Shown here: piece after piece, positions 36,359 to 50,258 of the stretch | How the letters are laid out: the number at the start of each line of letters is the position of its first letter | Position numbering within the stretch: position 1 is the first letter of the stretch | DNA from: a bacterium | GTDB lineage: Bacteria; RBG-13-61-14; DATKZS01 | Reading direction: 5' to 3' | Length of the DNA stretch: 64,000 nucleotides | Assembly (NCBI GenBank): GCA_963674965.2 | Contig: CAXXFL010000002.1 | Coordinates: forward strand, 544,001 to 608,000 | Translations under genes and position numbers: made by a program | Notes under the pieces: model-generated | Told to the model about the DNA's origin: nothing | Databases searched by the model: none | What the model saw: only the letters and a program-made list of their open reading frames with translations

Positions 36359-38362
36359 TTACTTAAACAGGCCGGGGAACGAGCACTCGATCATCTCGAT
36401 CACGGCCTTGCCGTTGAAGCCGAACTTCTCGGCCAGGACCTTGCCGGGGGCCGAGGCCCCGAAGCGGTCCATGCCGAGCGTCAGGCCCTTGAGTCCGGCG
36501 TACTTGCCCCAGCCGAAGGACACTCCGGCCTCGATGACCACGCGGTTATCGAGGGAGGGCGGGATGACCGAGTCCCTGTACGACTGGTCCTGCGCCTCGA
36601 ACTTTTCCAGGCAGGGCATGCTGACCACCCGGCACTTGACGCCCCTGGCCGTAAAGCTTTCGTAGGCCTCCATGGCCAGTGCCACTTCCGAGCCGGTGGC
36701 GATAATCACAAGGTCCGGGTCTCCCTCCCCGGCCAGGACGTAGCCGCCTTTTTTCAGGCCCTCGGCCGCCGCGTATTTCGACCGGTCAATCACCGGCAGA
36801 CCCTGCCGCGTGAGGCAAAGAGCGGTGGGACCGTCCTTTCTCCGGATGGCCTCGACCCAGGCCATGCCCGTCTCGGCGGCGTCGGCCGGCCTGATGACGT
36901 GGAGGTTGGGAATGACGCGAAGTGACGACACGTGCTCGATGGGCTGGTGGGTTGGCCCGTCCTCACCCACGAATATGCTGTCGTGAGTAAACACGTAAAT
37001 GACGCGAAGACCCATGAGGGCCGCGAGCCTGACGGGCGGCCTCATGTAGTCGGCGAAAACCAAAAAGGTCCCGCAATAGGGAATGAAGCCGTAAAGCGCC
37101 ATGCCGTTGGCCAGGGAACCCATGGCGTGCTCGCGGATGCCGAAGCGGAGGTTGACCCCCTCGTAGTTCTCGCGCGATACCGATAGCTTTTTCTTTATTA
37201 GCGTGTTGTTGGAGGGCGCCAGGTCGGCCGATCCCCCGATCAGGAAGGGCGTGGCCTTGGCCGCCTCCTGCAGGACCGCTCCGGACGCCTTGCGGGTGGC
37301 CACGGGTCCGTCGGACTTGGCCGCGGCCATGAGCACCTCCTCGAGGTCCGCCGGCGCGTCTCCCTTCAGGAAGACCTCGAGAAGGGCCGCCCGCTCGGGC
37401 TCCTCCTTCTTGAAATCCTCGAGCGTCTTCTTCCACGACTCGTACCGGGTGAGCTTGGGGGCGAGGGCCGTCTTGATGAATTCCTTCACCTCGTCCGTGA
37501 CCGCGAACTCGGGTTCCTCCCAGGCCAGGCATTCCCGGGCGCCCTGAATCTCGACCTCGCCGAGGGGAGCCCCGTGAGCGTCGGGCGTGCCCACCTTGGT
37601 GGGACAGCCGTAGCCGATCCTGGTCTTGCACATGATCAAGCTGGGTTTGCCCGTCTCGGCCTTGGCCTTGTCGATGGCGTCGCTCACGGCTTTCTTGTCA
37701 AGTCCGTCTACTTTCTGCACGTGCCAGCCCTGGGCCAGGAAACGCGCTCCCACGTCCTCGGAGAAAGCCAGGGCCGTCGGCCCCTCGATGGTCACGTCGT
37801 TGTCGTCGTAGAGGAAAACGAGGTTCCCCAGGGCCAGGTGTCCGGCCAGGGAGCAGGCCTCGGAGGCGATGCCCTCCATGAGGTCCCCGTCCGAGACGAT
37901 GGCGTACACCATGTGGTCGATCACGGAATACTTGGGCGTGTTGATTCTGGCGGCGAGAAGTTTCGCGGCCAGGGCCATGCCCACGGCGTTGCCCACGCCC
38001 TGCCCCAGCGGCCCGGTGGTGGTCTCGACGCCGGGTGTCATTTTATACTCTGGATGTCCGGGGGTTTTGGACTCCCACTGGCGAAAGTTTTTAATGTCCT
38101 CGATTGACAGGTCGAACCCAAAAAGGTGGAGCAGCGAATAAAGGAGCATGGAGCCGTGTCCCGCGCTGAGCACGAACCTGTCCCGGTTCGGCCAGCCTGG
38201 ATCGCGGGGATTGAAGTTCAGGTGGCCGGCCCAAAGGGCCAGTCCCACGTCGGCGGCGCCCATGGGCATGCCGGGATGTCCCGACTTGGCGCGCTCGACG
38301 GCCTCGGCGCTAAGCATCCTTATGGTGGTGGCGGTTTTGTCCGCTGCCTTGTTCCATTCCAT
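36359..38362 (-). CDS. tkt: Transketolase
   Basis: [39 protein letters not shown] and GEDGPTHQP. Confidence 0.97.
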   Translation of the reverse strand: MEWNKAADKTATTIRMLSAEAVERAKSGHPGMPMGAADVGLALWAGHLNFNPRDPGWPNRDRFVLSAGHGSMLLYSLLHLFGFDLSIEDIKNFRQWESKTPGHPEYKMTPGVETTTGPLGQGVGNAVGMALAAKLLAARINTPKYSVIDHMVYAIVSDGDLMEGIASEACSLAGHLALGNLVFLYDDNDVTIEGPTALAFSEDVGARFLAQGWHVQKVDGLDKKAVSDAIDKAKAETGKPSLIMCKTRIGYGCPTKVGTPDAHGAPLGEVEIQGARECLAWEEPEFAVTDEVKEFIKTALAPKLTRYESWKKTLEDFKKEEPERAALLEVFLKGDAPADLEEVLMAAAKSDGPVATRKASGAVLQEAAKATPFLIGGSADLAPSNNTLIKKKLSVSRENYEGVNLRFGIREHAMGSLANGMALYGFIPYCGTFLVFADYMRPPVRLAALMGLRVIYVFTHDSIFVGEDGPTHQPIEHVSSLRVIPNLHVIRPADAAETGMAWVEAIRRKDGPTALCLTRQGLPVIDRSKYAAAEGLKKGGYVLAGEGDPDLVIIATGSEVALAMEAYESFTARGVKCRVVSMPCLEKFEAQDQSYRDSVIPPSLDNRVVIEAGVSFGWGKYAGLKGLTLGMDRFGASAPGKVLAEKFGFNGKAVIEMIECSFPGLFK

Positions 38363-38463
38363 TTTTTATCCTCCTTAACTCGTGAGCGCCCGCGCTTTTC
38401 GCGCGGACGCCCATGTGACGTTTCGGTCCTTCCCCTCACCGCCGAGAAGGGGAAGGCCCGCCT

Positions 38464-39726
<1,263 letters not shown>

Positions 39727-39782
39727 TTAAAATCTCCTTCGCGCCGCGGGTCTCCCGGGACGGGGCCCGCCGTTTTCGCCAA

Positions 39783-40967
39783 TCATCCGATCAGCTTGGA
39801 GGCCGCGCCGGACAAGATTTTGGCCTTGTCGGTGGCCTCCCAGGTTAATTCCTTTTCCTTCCTTCCAAAGTGTCCGTAGGCCGCGGTGGTTTTGTAGATG
39901 GGCCGGAGGAGCTTTAAGTCCTCGATGATGGCCCGCGGCCTCAGGTCGAACACCTCGAGGACGAGGTTGGCTATATCGTCCTCATGCATGGCCGAGGTCC
40001 CGTCGGTATAGACGTTGACGTAGACCGACATGGGTTTTGCCACGCCGATGGCGTAGGCGATCTGGACCTCGCAGCGTTTGGCAATCTTGGCCGCCACGAT
40101 GTTCTTGGCGATATACCTGGCCATGTAGGCGCCGCTCCGGTCCACCTTGGAGGGGTCCTTGCCGGAGAAGGCCCCGCCCCCGTGCCGGCCCATGCCCCCG
40201 TAGGTGTCGACGATTATCTTTCTGCCCGTGAGACCGCAGTCCCCGTGGGGACCGCCGATAACGAACCTGCCCGTGGGATTGATATGGAACTTGGTGTTCC
40301 TGGTGATCATCCTGGCGGGCACGATCTTTTTAACGACCTCCTCGAGTATCCCCTCCTTGAGGTCCTTGGTCTTGACCTCGGGGTCGTGCTGGGCCGCGAT
40401 AACCACGGCCGTTACCTCCTTGGGCTTGCCGGCCAGGTAATTGATGGTCACCTGGCTCTTGCCGTCGGGCCGAAGCCAGGGAAGCTTCTTGTTTTTTCTA
40501 ACGGCGGCCAGCTTCTCGGTGAGCCTGTGCGCCATATAGATGGGCATGGGCATGAGCTGGGGCGTCTCGTCGCAGGCGAAGCCGAACATCATGCCCTGGT
40601 CTCCCGCGCCCTGGTCCTTGCTGGGCGTCGAGTCCACGCCCCGAGCGATGTCGGGCGACTGCTGGTCCAGGCTCACGAGCACGGCGCACTCGTCGGCCGA
40701 GAAGCCCATGGCCCCGTCGGTGTATCCTATGCCCCTTACCGTGTCCCTCACGATGGCGGGCACGTCGATCTGGTTGAGACCCGTCGACGTGATCTCGCCC
40801 GCGACCACGGCCATTCCCGTGGTAACGAGCGTCTCGCAGGCGACCCTGCTCATTTTGTCCTTGGCCAGAAGCGCGTCAAGGATCGAGTCCGATACCTGGT
40901 CCGCCACCTTGTCCGGGTGTCCCTCAGTGACCGACTCGGACGTGAAGAGAAAATCTTTTTTCCACAT
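39783..40967 (-). CDS. metK: S-adenosylmethionine synthetase
   Basis: [30 protein letters not shown] and [15 protein letters not shown]. Confidence 0.98.
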   Translation of the reverse strand: MWKKDFLFTSESVTEGHPDKVADQVSDSILDALLAKDKMSRVACETLVTTGMAVVAGEITSTGLNQIDVPAIVRDTVRGIGYTDGAMGFSADECAVLVSLDQQSPDIARGVDSTPSKDQGAGDQGMMFGFACDETPQLMPMPIYMAHRLTEKLAAVRKNKKLPWLRPDGKSQVTINYLAGKPKEVTAVVIAAQHDPEVKTKDLKEGILEEVVKKIVPARMITRNTKFHINPTGRFVIGGPHGDCGLTGRKIIVDTYGGMGRHGGGAFSGKDPSKVDRSGAYMARYIAKNIVAAKIAKRCEVQIAYAIGVAKPMSVYVNVYTDGTSAMHEDDIANLVLEVFDLRPRAIIEDLKLLRPIYKTTAAYGHFGRKEKELTWEATDKAKILSGAASKLIG

Positions 40968-40983
40968 CGTAACCTCCCGTTCG

Positions 40984-42789
<1,806 letters not shown>

Positions 42790-42910
42790 GCTAATTACCG
42801 CGCCGTCCCCCGCGGACGCGAGTCTCCCCTAAGGCGAGTGGATGGACCGAAGGGCTTTCCTTATCTTATCGCGTGGAATGGACCAGGTCAAAGCCGCGAA
42901 AAAAGGCCGC

Positions 42911-43186
42911 CTATTCATCCTCGCCGAAGCGGTCGGCCACCAGCTTGGCCAGGGCCTCGATGGCCTCTCTCGCGTCGGGCCCCTGGGCCCTGATCGTAAA
43001 GGACACCCCCTTGGCCGCCCCCAGGGACATAAGTCCCAAAACGCTTTTGGCGTTGGCCGTGGTGTTGTCCATCACCACCTCGATCTCGGCCTTGAACCCG
43101 GCGGCGGTGCGGCGGAAATGTCCCGCGGCGCGCGCGTGCAGGCCAAGCCGGTTTACTATAGTCACGTCTTTTTCAACCACGTCCAT
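42911..43186 (-). CDS. ptsH: Phosphocarrier protein HPr
   Basis: NRLGLHARAA (His15) and NAKSVLGLMSL (Ser46); ATG at 43186 within ORF 42911..43552. Confidence 0.93.
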   Translation of the reverse strand: MDVVEKDVTIVNRLGLHARAAGHFRRTAAGFKAEIEVVMDNTTANAKSVLGLMSLGAAKGVSFTIRAQGPDAREAIEALAKLVADRFGEDE

Positions 43187-43224
43187 TATTCCATCGGCCG
43201 GCCCCGGGGCGGGCCGTTCCCCGC

Positions 43225-43629
43225 TCAGACTTTTTTCCTCATGATCTCGGAGGCCAGGGAGATGTTTTTCTTGCCGGCCGTTTTTCCCTGCCTGGCCAGT
43301 TCCTTCAAGTCGCACCCTTCCTGATGGGTGGCGATCTTTATGACCATGGGCAGGTTCACGCCCGAGAGGACCTCGACCCTGTTCTCCTGCAAAAAGGACA
43401 AGCTCACGTTGGAGGGGGTACCCCCGAAAAGGTCGGTCAGGATGAGGACCCCCTTTCCCTTGTCCGCCGCGTTGATGGTGGCCTCGACTTTTTTGGCTAT
43501 CTCGGCTATGCCCTCCTCGGGCAGTATGGTCACGGGAATGATGTTGGAACATGGTCCCACGATCAGCTCCGTGACCTCGATCAAGTCCTTGGCCAGGTTT
43601 CCATGAGTTACGATGACGACAACGACCAT
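43225..43629 (-). CDS. PTS EIIA, mannose/fructose family
   Basis: VTHG, LTDLFGGTPSN and GVNLPM. Confidence 0.92.
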   Translation of the reverse strand: MVVVVIVTHGNLAKDLIEVTELIVGPCSNIIPVTILPEEGIAEIAKKVEATINAADKGKGVLILTDLFGGTPSNVSLSFLQENRVEVLSGVNLPMVIKIATHQEGCDLKELARQGKTAGKKNISLASEIMRKKV

Positions 43630-43630
43630 T

Positions 43631-44599
43631 CTATTCCACCTCGCCGCCCGTGTGATCGAGAGCTCCCGGTGAGGACGTCAGGCCCTTGAGCAGTCTTTCC
43701 TGGAAAAGACGGGCCGAGTGATGTCCTCTCTGCTTGAGAATGTGATTGCGCGCGGCGACCTCGACGATCGAGCTCACGTTCCGGCCCGGCCGGACGGGAA
43801 TGGTAAGATGGGGCACCTCGACGCCCAGGATGGGATAGGTTTCCTCGTCCAGTCCCAGGCGGTCGTAGTCCTTTCCCTCCTCCCATTCCACCAGCTCGAT
43901 GACCAGGTCGATCCTTTTGCGGTCGCGAGTGGCCGATATCCCGAAGAGGTCTTGAATGTTGATTATTCCCAATCCGCGAATCTCCATATGGAACTGTATC
44001 ATTTCCGAGGCCCGCCCGATCAGGGATGCGTTGCCCCGGCGGTAAATCTCGACTATGTCGTCGGCCACCAGCCGGTGTCCTTTTTCCACCAGGTCCAGGG
44101 CGGTCTCGCTTTTTCCGATGCCGCTCTGGCCCAGGATGAGTATGCCCACGCCGATGACGTCGATCAGCACGCCGTGGAACCTGATCCGGGGCGCCAGATA
44201 GTCGTCCAGGAAGCGGTCCAGCCTCCTTATGAACTCTCCCGTGTCGAGCCTCGAGCCGAGGCAGGGGATGCCTTTTCCAACCAGGCTCTCCACCAGTTCC
44301 CTCGGCGGCTTGAGCTCCTTGGTGACGACCAGGACGGGAAAGTCGAACTCGAGAAGCTTGCCGATGACCTCCGTCCTCTCGGCGTCGGAGAGCATCTGGA
44401 GGTAGGCTATCTCCGCACCGCCCATGATCTGAATCTGGCCGGGGTCCAAAGAGAAATGTATGCCCGTGAGCGCCAGTCCCAGCTTGTGCACCGAGGAGTC
44501 GGTAATGGCCTTGTCCAGGCGGTCCTCCCCCGATTGGACGGACAGCTCGAGCATGTATTCGTCGTCCTCGACGAGGTCTCTTACGCTCACTCGGTTCAC
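43631..44599 (-). CDS. hprK: HPr kinase/phosphorylase
   Basis: GQSGIGKSETAL, HRLVADD and MEIRGLGII. Confidence 0.96.
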   Translation of the reverse strand: MNRVSVRDLVEDDEYMLELSVQSGEDRLDKAITDSSVHKLGLALTGIHFSLDPGQIQIMGGAEIAYLQMLSDAERTEVIGKLLEFDFPVLVVTKELKPPRELVESLVGKGIPCLGSRLDTGEFIRRLDRFLDDYLAPRIRFHGVLIDVIGVGILILGQSGIGKSETALDLVEKGHRLVADDIVEIYRRGNASLIGRASEMIQFHMEIRGLGIINIQDLFGISATRDRKRIDLVIELVEWEEGKDYDRLGLDEETYPILGVEVPHLTIPVRPGRNVSSIVEVAARNHILKQRGHHSARLFQERLLKGLTSSPGALDHTGGEVE

Positions 44600-44645
44600 T
44601 GGCCCGGTCTCCGCGTAGGGAGCATATACTTTAGGACTTTAACAG

Positions 44646-45101
44646 TCAAATGCCGGCGTCCTCCTCGGCGATGGCCTCCCATATTTCCCGGGCGTCTCCG
44701 GCCTTTATTATCCTCTCTCTCAGCGGGCTGTTGCGGCAAAGCCTGGCCACCCGGGCGAGAATCTTGAGATGGTTGGCCGTGTCGTCCACCGGGGCGAGAA
44801 GGAGGAAGAAAATTTTCGTGGGCCCGTCCTCGGCGCCGAAGTCAACGCCCGCCGGGCTTCTTCCCACGGCCATGACGAACATCTCGAGATCGGGCAGTCG
44901 GCCGTGAGGCACGGCCACTCCCCCGTTCATGGCGGTGGGCGACTGTTCCTCCCTCTCGTTAAGGACCTGGACCAGCTTCCGCGCGGGAACGGGCGACTTG
45001 TCGCCCAGTATGCCCACCAGCTCGCCAAGGACCTCGACGCGGGTCTTGCTTTTAAGGTCGGCCTCGACGTACTCGGGTTTCAGGATATCTACCAGCTTCA
45101 A
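44646..45101 (-). CDS. ptsN: PTS EIIA (Ntr/fructose type)
   Basis: ERE..PT..GGVAVPHGR and HLKILARVAR; located downstream of rpoN-hpf. Confidence 0.85.
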   Translation of the reverse strand: MKLVDILKPEYVEADLKSKTRVEVLGELVGILGDKSPVPARKLVQVLNEREEQSPTAMNGGVAVPHGRLPDLEMFVMAVGRSPAGVDFGAEDGPTKIFFLLLAPVDDTANHLKILARVARLCRNSPLRERIIKAGDAREIWEAIAEEDAGI

Positions 45102-45223
45102 TTAAATCTCCCAGGCGGCCCAGGGCCGGCGGCCCGCCTACAGCCGCTTTCCGTGGGTCCCAGAACGATGGAGGGGGCCGAACCCGTCCGCGGCGGACGG
45201 GGCCCGGTCCCCTTCCTCGGGTT

Positions 45224-45763
45224 TCACATCGAGGGCTCGATAAGGCCGTAGTGACCGTCGGGCCTTCTGTAAAGGACGCAAACCACCATGCTGTCCTGGT
45301 TGACGAAAACCAGAAAGTCGTCGGAGCCGTCCTCCAATAGAAGAATGGCGTCCTCGATGGACATGGGCTTGGGAACGAACCTGTCGTCCCTTATTACCTC
45401 GGGCTCGAAGCCCTCCTTGGCCGGTTCCCCCTCGGGGCCGCGGTAAACGACGAAGCCGCCGTCGCCGCCTTTTTTCCTGTCCTTGATTTTCTTTCTATGC
45501 TTGGCCGCCTGCTTGTCGAGCTTGTCAAGGGCCATGTCGATCGAGTTGCGAAGGTCCTGCGTCTCCTCCTTGCCCACCAGGGTGACGTTGTCGGCCTTAA
45601 TGCTTATTTCGGCCAGGCGCCTGAATTTCTCGGCCGTGAGCACAACCTGGCCCTCCTGGGGCCTTTTGAAGTATTTCTCGGCCAGCCTGCTCGTTTTTTC
45701 CTCCACGTACGCCCGGACGTCCTCATCCACTTCCATGTGTCTGAAGGTAACGATAACTTTCAT
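45224..45763 (-). CDS. hpf: Ribosome hibernation promoting factor (long HPF)
   Basis: IVTFRHM N-terminus, SIDMALDKL, and C-terminal PKPMSIEDA...VLYRRPDGHYGLIEP. Confidence 0.92.
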   Translation of the reverse strand: MKVIVTFRHMEVDEDVRAYVEEKTSRLAEKYFKRPQEGQVVLTAEKFRRLAEISIKADNVTLVGKEETQDLRNSIDMALDKLDKQAAKHRKKIKDRKKGGDGGFVVYRGPEGEPAKEGFEPEVIRDDRFVPKPMSIEDAILLLEDGSDDFLVFVNQDSMVVCVLYRRPDGHYGLIEPSM

Positions 45764-45805
45764 TTCCTGTTCCTCTCCTTCAATATATGCCCGACCCGCG
45801 GGCCG

Positions 45806-47233
45806 TTATATCAGGCGCTTTCTCTTGGCCGACGAAAGTATACCGAGCATCTCGCGATATTTCGTGACCGTGCGCCTGGCTATATCGATCTGATAATCCT
45901 TTAGCTTCCTTACTATTTCCTGGTCGGACAGGGGCTTTTTCGGGTCCTCGTTCTCGATGATCTGCTTTATCTTGTCCTTGACCGACTCGGCGGCCACCTC
46001 TCCCCCCTCGGTGGTGCTCACCTTGGAATTGAAGAAAAACTTGAGGGGAAAGATGCCCTGGGGGGTGTAAACGTATTTGTTGGTGGTGACCCTGCTGACG
46101 GTCGACTCGTGCATGTCGATGTCCTGGGCCACGTCGCGGAGCACCATCGGCTTGAGATGGGCGATGCCCCTCTCGAAGAAGTCCCTCTGGTGCTTGAGTA
46201 TGGACTCGGTGACCTTGTAAATAGTCCTTTGCCGCTGGTGAAGGCTCCTTATCAGCCAAACGGCGCTCCTGAGCTTTTCCTGGATATATTCGCGGGTGAC
46301 CTCGGAGTCCTTGGACTTCTCCAGGAGAAGGCGCCTGTAATAGGGGCTGACCTTCAACTTGGGCATGCCGTCCTCGTTGAGAACGATGGCGAAGTCGTCC
46401 CCCACCTTGTAGATGTAAATGTCGGGGGTTATATACTCGGCCCGCTCCTCGGCGAAGGGCCTGCCGGGCTTGGGCTCGAGGCCCTGGATGATCTTGACCG
46501 CCTCCCTTACCCGGGGCACGGCCACCTTGAGGGCCCGGGCGATGGTTTTGTAGTCCTTGTTCTCGAGCCGGCTTATGTGCTCCTTGATGATCCGGGGAAC
46601 GATGGGGTCGATCCTGTCGAACTGCTTGATCTGAAGAAGCAGGCACTCCTGGAGGTCACGGGCGGCCACGCCGATGGGGTCGAAGGCCTGGACCTTGGCC
46701 AGGACGGCCTCGGCCTTCTTGCGGTCCACCCCCGCCTCCTGGGCGATCAGGTCCAGGCTGGTGGTGAGGTAGCCGTCGTCGTTCAAGTTGCCTATTATCA
46801 TGCCGGCGATTTTTTCCTCGCCCAGGGTGAAGTTGCTGAGCTTGATCTGCCACAGCAGGTGGTCGGCCAGGCGGATGGGCTGGCTGAGAGTGGCGTCGAC
46901 TGAGGGAAGGTCCTCGTCTCGAAGCGGCTTTCTGGAGCCCGTGTACTGGAAGTCGTCGAACTCGTCGAGGAATTTTTCCCAGTCGATGGTGTCGTAGCTG
47001 TCCTCGTCCTTTTGGGGGGCCTCGCCCTCGGCCTCGTCCGAGTGGCGGGCCGTCTCCGGCTCGAGCTCGGCCTCCTGCAGTTCCTCGAGCACGGGGTTCT
47101 CCATCATCTCCTGGTTGATGGCGTCGGTCAGCTCGAGCCGGGAAAGCTGTAGCAGCTTGATGGCCTGCTGGAGCTGAGGCGTCATGACCAGTTGCTGGGC
47201 GAGTTTTACGCTTTGCTTGAGTTCGATCGCCAT
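45806..47233 (-). CDS. rpoN: RNA polymerase sigma-54 factor
   Basis: QLVMTPQLQQAIKLLQL, MHESTVSR and RpoN box ARRTVTKYRE; ATG at 47233. Confidence 0.97.
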   Translation of the reverse strand: MAIELKQSVKLAQQLVMTPQLQQAIKLLQLSRLELTDAINQEMMENPVLEELQEAELEPETARHSDEAEGEAPQKDEDSYDTIDWEKFLDEFDDFQYTGSRKPLRDEDLPSVDATLSQPIRLADHLLWQIKLSNFTLGEEKIAGMIIGNLNDDGYLTTSLDLIAQEAGVDRKKAEAVLAKVQAFDPIGVAARDLQECLLLQIKQFDRIDPIVPRIIKEHISRLENKDYKTIARALKVAVPRVREAVKIIQGLEPKPGRPFAEERAEYITPDIYIYKVGDDFAIVLNEDGMPKLKVSPYYRRLLLEKSKDSEVTREYIQEKLRSAVWLIRSLHQRQRTIYKVTESILKHQRDFFERGIAHLKPMVLRDVAQDIDMHESTVSRVTTNKYVYTPQGIFPLKFFFNSKVSTTEGGEVAAESVKDKIKQIIENEDPKKPLSDQEIVRKLKDYQIDIARRTVTKYREMLGILSSAKRKRLI

Positions 47234-47237
47234 CGAC

Positions 47238-48089
47238 TTACCTTTCTTCCTTGTCTGAGACGTAAGGCCCGGTATCCCTCCGGCCGTCGCCGCGGCGGGG
47301 AGCAATAAGCTCGAAGTCCTCCCCGAGGTAATGCTTCCTCGCCATCTCATCGTCAGCGATCTGGCGGGGCGTGCCCGAGATCATGACCCTGCCCTCGTGT
47401 ATGATGGTGGCCCGCTCGACTATGCGAAGGGTCTCCTGCACGTTATGGTCGGTTATGAGCACGCCTATGCCCATCGAGCTTAGATCGCTCACTATCTTTT
47501 GGATGTCGGCCACGGCGATAGGGTCCACGCCCGCGAAGGGCTCGTCCATTAAAATAATCTTGGGCTGGGTCACCAGGCTCCGGGCGATCTCGACCCGGCG
47601 GCGCTCGCCGCCCGAGAGGGTGATGGCCTTGTTCTTCCTTAAATGGGACACGCCCAGCCTTTCCATCAGCTTCTCGACCCGGGCCTTCCTGTCCGCCTTT
47701 GACAGGGCAAGAGACTCGGCCACGGCCATCAGGTTGTCGTGGACCGACAGTCCTTTGAATATCGAGGCCTCCTGGGGAAGGTAGCTGATGCCCTTCCTGG
47801 CCCTCTTGTACATGGGAAGACCGGTGATCTCCTCGCCGTCGAGAGTGACCCTTCCTCCCTCCGCCTGGATCACGCCCACGACCATGTAAAAGCTGGTGGT
47901 CTTGCCCGCCCCGTTGGGGCCGAGAAGGCCGGCTATCTCGCCCGGCCTGACCGAGAAGCTCACGCCGTCCACCACGCGCCTTCCCCGGTAGGCCTTGACC
48001 AGCCCCACCGCCTCGAGGCCCTTTTCCAGGCCGCGGGAGAGGCCCGCCGCGTCCGCGGGTCCGCGCTCGATGGGGGTGGAAGCCGTCAT
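47238..48089 (-). CDS. lptB: LPS export ABC transporter ATP-binding protein
   Basis: GPNGAGKTT, YLPQEASIF, LSGGERRRVEIAR, DEPFAGVDP and ITDHNV. Confidence 0.95.
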   Translation of the reverse strand: MTASTPIERGPADAAGLSRGLEKGLEAVGLVKAYRGRRVVDGVSFSVRPGEIAGLLGPNGAGKTTSFYMVVGVIQAEGGRVTLDGEEITGLPMYKRARKGISYLPQEASIFKGLSVHDNLMAVAESLALSKADRKARVEKLMERLGVSHLRKNKAITLSGGERRRVEIARSLVTQPKIILMDEPFAGVDPIAVADIQKIVSDLSSMGIGVLITDHNVQETLRIVERATIIHEGRVMISGTPRQIADDEMARKHYLGEDFELIAPRRGDGRRDTGPYVSDKEER

Positions 48090-48096
48090 GCCCTCT

Positions 48097-48633
48097 TCAC
48101 TCGCTCTCCCTGGTGGCGCTTTTTTTCCTTTTGCCGGGCTCGCCCGGCGCGCCCTCCTCCGGGGCCCACTCGACGCGGGGGTCGCTGATTTTAAAACGCT
48201 CGGTGTCCATAAAATAAGTCATGGTCTTGCCCGTTACTATCTGTTTTCCCTGGACCACGCGGGGCCGGCCCAAAAGGTATATGGTCCTCTGGGCGTTGTC
48301 CATTAAAAGACGGTCGCAGGTGGCGAAGGCGTCGTCCATGCTGACCTTTACCACGCCGGTGGCCTCGAGGGTGATCAAGGTACCGTCGGGAGCGTAATGC
48401 ACGTCGATCCTTTCAGCGTAAATGACCCGCTCTCCCTGCTTGGCCCGCACGTGGCCGAAAAAGCGAATCTTGCCGCCGGACATCTCGGCCTCCATCCGGT
48501 CGGCCTTGACGTCCACCGGCGTCTTGTCGTTCGACTTGAACCCCTTGAAAGGTCCGGGCGGCGCCTCGGTCTGGGCCATGGCCAGGGCCGCCGCCATAAA
48601 GATAATAACCGATATGAAAAGCCTGAGCCTCAT
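48097..48633 (-). CDS. lptA: LPS transport periplasmic protein LptA/OstA-like
   Basis: Signal peptide; PVDVKADRM, F.GHVRAKQG and L.GRPRVVQG beta-jellyroll pattern; upstream of lptB. Confidence 0.85.
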   Translation of the reverse strand: MRLRLFISVIIFMAAALAMAQTEAPPGPFKGFKSNDKTPVDVKADRMEAEMSGGKIRFFGHVRAKQGERVIYAERIDVHYAPDGTLITLEATGVVKVSMDDAFATCDRLLMDNAQRTIYLLGRPRVVQGKQIVTGKTMTYFMDTERFKISDPRVEWAPEEGAPGEPGKRKKSATRESE

Positions 48634-49478
48634 TATTTTTCCTTTTTCCCGCCTTTTTCCACCGTGGCCGACTTGGCACGGAGACCGGGCGGCTTTGTTC
48701 CCTTCAGGCCGGACAGGCCCTTCTCCATCACCAAATGAACCGATTCCCTTACCACGACGTAGTTCGTTTTAAGCTCGGCGTCCATTCCCCTGCCCTCCAG
48801 GGTCCAGCCCTGGCCGACGATCCGGACGTCGGCGTCGGTACTGGCCGTCTCCTTGCCCGCGTCGTAGTCCAGCCAGTCGGTGAAAAGCTCGACCCCGCCG
48901 CTCCACCGGCAGCGGACGTCCCGCTCGAGTCGCATGGTGCGGGGCTTGATATCGTATCGGCCTTGCCCGCCCTTTATGGCCACCGAGTCGCCGCTCTCGG
49001 GATGGATCGTTCCCTCTACTCCGCCGATGAAGAAGGAATCCCTCGCCTTGCGGTAGGAGGCCGTGTCTCCCGAGATGGTCCACTCGAGGCGGCCGGTCTT
49101 GCTCATGGAAACGTTCACGTCCCCGACCAGCTCGAAGTCCTCGCTGCTCTCGAAGTAGCCGCCCCGGTCGCCCACGATATCGACCGTGCCTCCTTGTTCC
49201 ACCGGCACCTCGGCCAGGGGCCTTTCCACCTCGACCCGCCCGGCCGCGTCGTAATAAGATATGCCCCGGCTTCGCATGGTCCAGGTTATCTTGCCCCGCT
49301 CGCTGGAGGTGACCAGGGATTTGCCCTCGAGGGCCACCTGTACCCCCTCGGGAAGCACCGGCCGTCTTTCCCCTCCCGCCGAGACCTCGGGGGGCTTGGA
49401 AAGCCGGTAAAGCAATACCGCCAGCGCGGCCACGCCCGCGAGAATCGCGGCCAGAATCAGGGCTTCTTTAAATCTCAT
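48633..49478 (-). CDS. lptC: LptC-like protein, extended
   Basis: N-terminal TM; C-terminal LFTDWLDY..TDADVRIVG..LEGRGM typical of LptC; upstream of lptA. Confidence 0.7.
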   Translation of the reverse strand: MRFKEALILAAILAGVAALAVLLYRLSKPPEVSAGGERRPVLPEGVQVALEGKSLVTSSERGKITWTMRSRGISYYDAAGRVEVERPLAEVPVEQGGTVDIVGDRGGYFESSEDFELVGDVNVSMSKTGRLEWTISGDTASYRKARDSFFIGGVEGTIHPESGDSVAIKGGQGRYDIKPRTMRLERDVRCRWSGGVELFTDWLDYDAGKETASTDADVRIVGQGWTLEGRGMDAELKTNYVVVRESVHLVMEKGLSGLKGTKPPGLRAKSATVEKGGKKEK

Positions 49479-49593
49479 TCAATTTTCGCGACGGCGCCAA
49501 CCGCGGCAATATCTCCTAAAGGGAGTATAACATCTAGAAAAAATTCTGTAAAACTTTTATACTGGCATGAAGGGACCAAGGCGGGTATAAGCC

Positions 49594-50154
49594 ATGAAAT
49601 CAAGCTTCGCCAAAAGGGAGGATTTAGTGGAAGAACGGATCGCGCAAAAGGCCTCGAGGATCAGGCTCCTTTTACTGGACGTGGACGGAGTCCTCACGGA
49701 CGGCCAGATTTACTACGGCAAGGACGGCGAGGCCATCAAGCCTTTCAACGTCAAGGACGGGAGCTCGATCGTCTGGCTCAAGCGAGCGGGCATCGAGGTG
49801 GGGATACTCACGGGCCGCGTCAGTCCTCAAGTGGACGCCCGCGCCCGCGACCTGAAAATAACGACGGTTATCCAGGGCGCCTTAAGAAAGCTGCCCATCT
49901 TCGAGGAGTTCCTTAAAACCTCGGGCATGGACCCCGAGCATATCGCCTACATGGGGGACGACCTTCACGACCTGCCCGTGCTCAAAAGGGTGGGGCTCGC
50001 CATGGCCCCGGCCGACGCGATCCAAGCGGTAAGGGACGCCGCGCACTGGACCGCCCCCAGCCCCGGCGGGAAAGGGGCCGTCAGGGAGGCGGCCGAGTTG
50101 ATACTGAAGGCGACGGGAAAATGGGATGAGGTGACCGCCATTTACCATGAGTGA
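49594..50154 (+). CDS. kdsC: KDO-8-phosphate phosphatase (HAD)
   Basis: LDVDGVLTDG, FNVKDG, YMGDDLHD and GGKGAVRE. Confidence 0.92.
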   Translation: MKSSFAKREDLVEERIAQKASRIRLLLLDVDGVLTDGQIYYGKDGEAIKPFNVKDGSSIVWLKRAGIEVGILTGRVSPQVDARARDLKITTVIQGALRKLPIFEEFLKTSGMDPEHIAYMGDDLHDLPVLKRVGLAMAPADAIQAVRDAAHWTAPSPGGKGAVREAAELILKATGKWDEVTAIYHE

Positions 50155-50258
50155 TAAATATCTCAATTTTTGTTGCATTCATTGATAGGTTTAGTATTAT
50201 TTTTACAAATCAATAACGTGCTATTTATGCTTTCGTCAAGTTTTAGAGGAGATATTAT

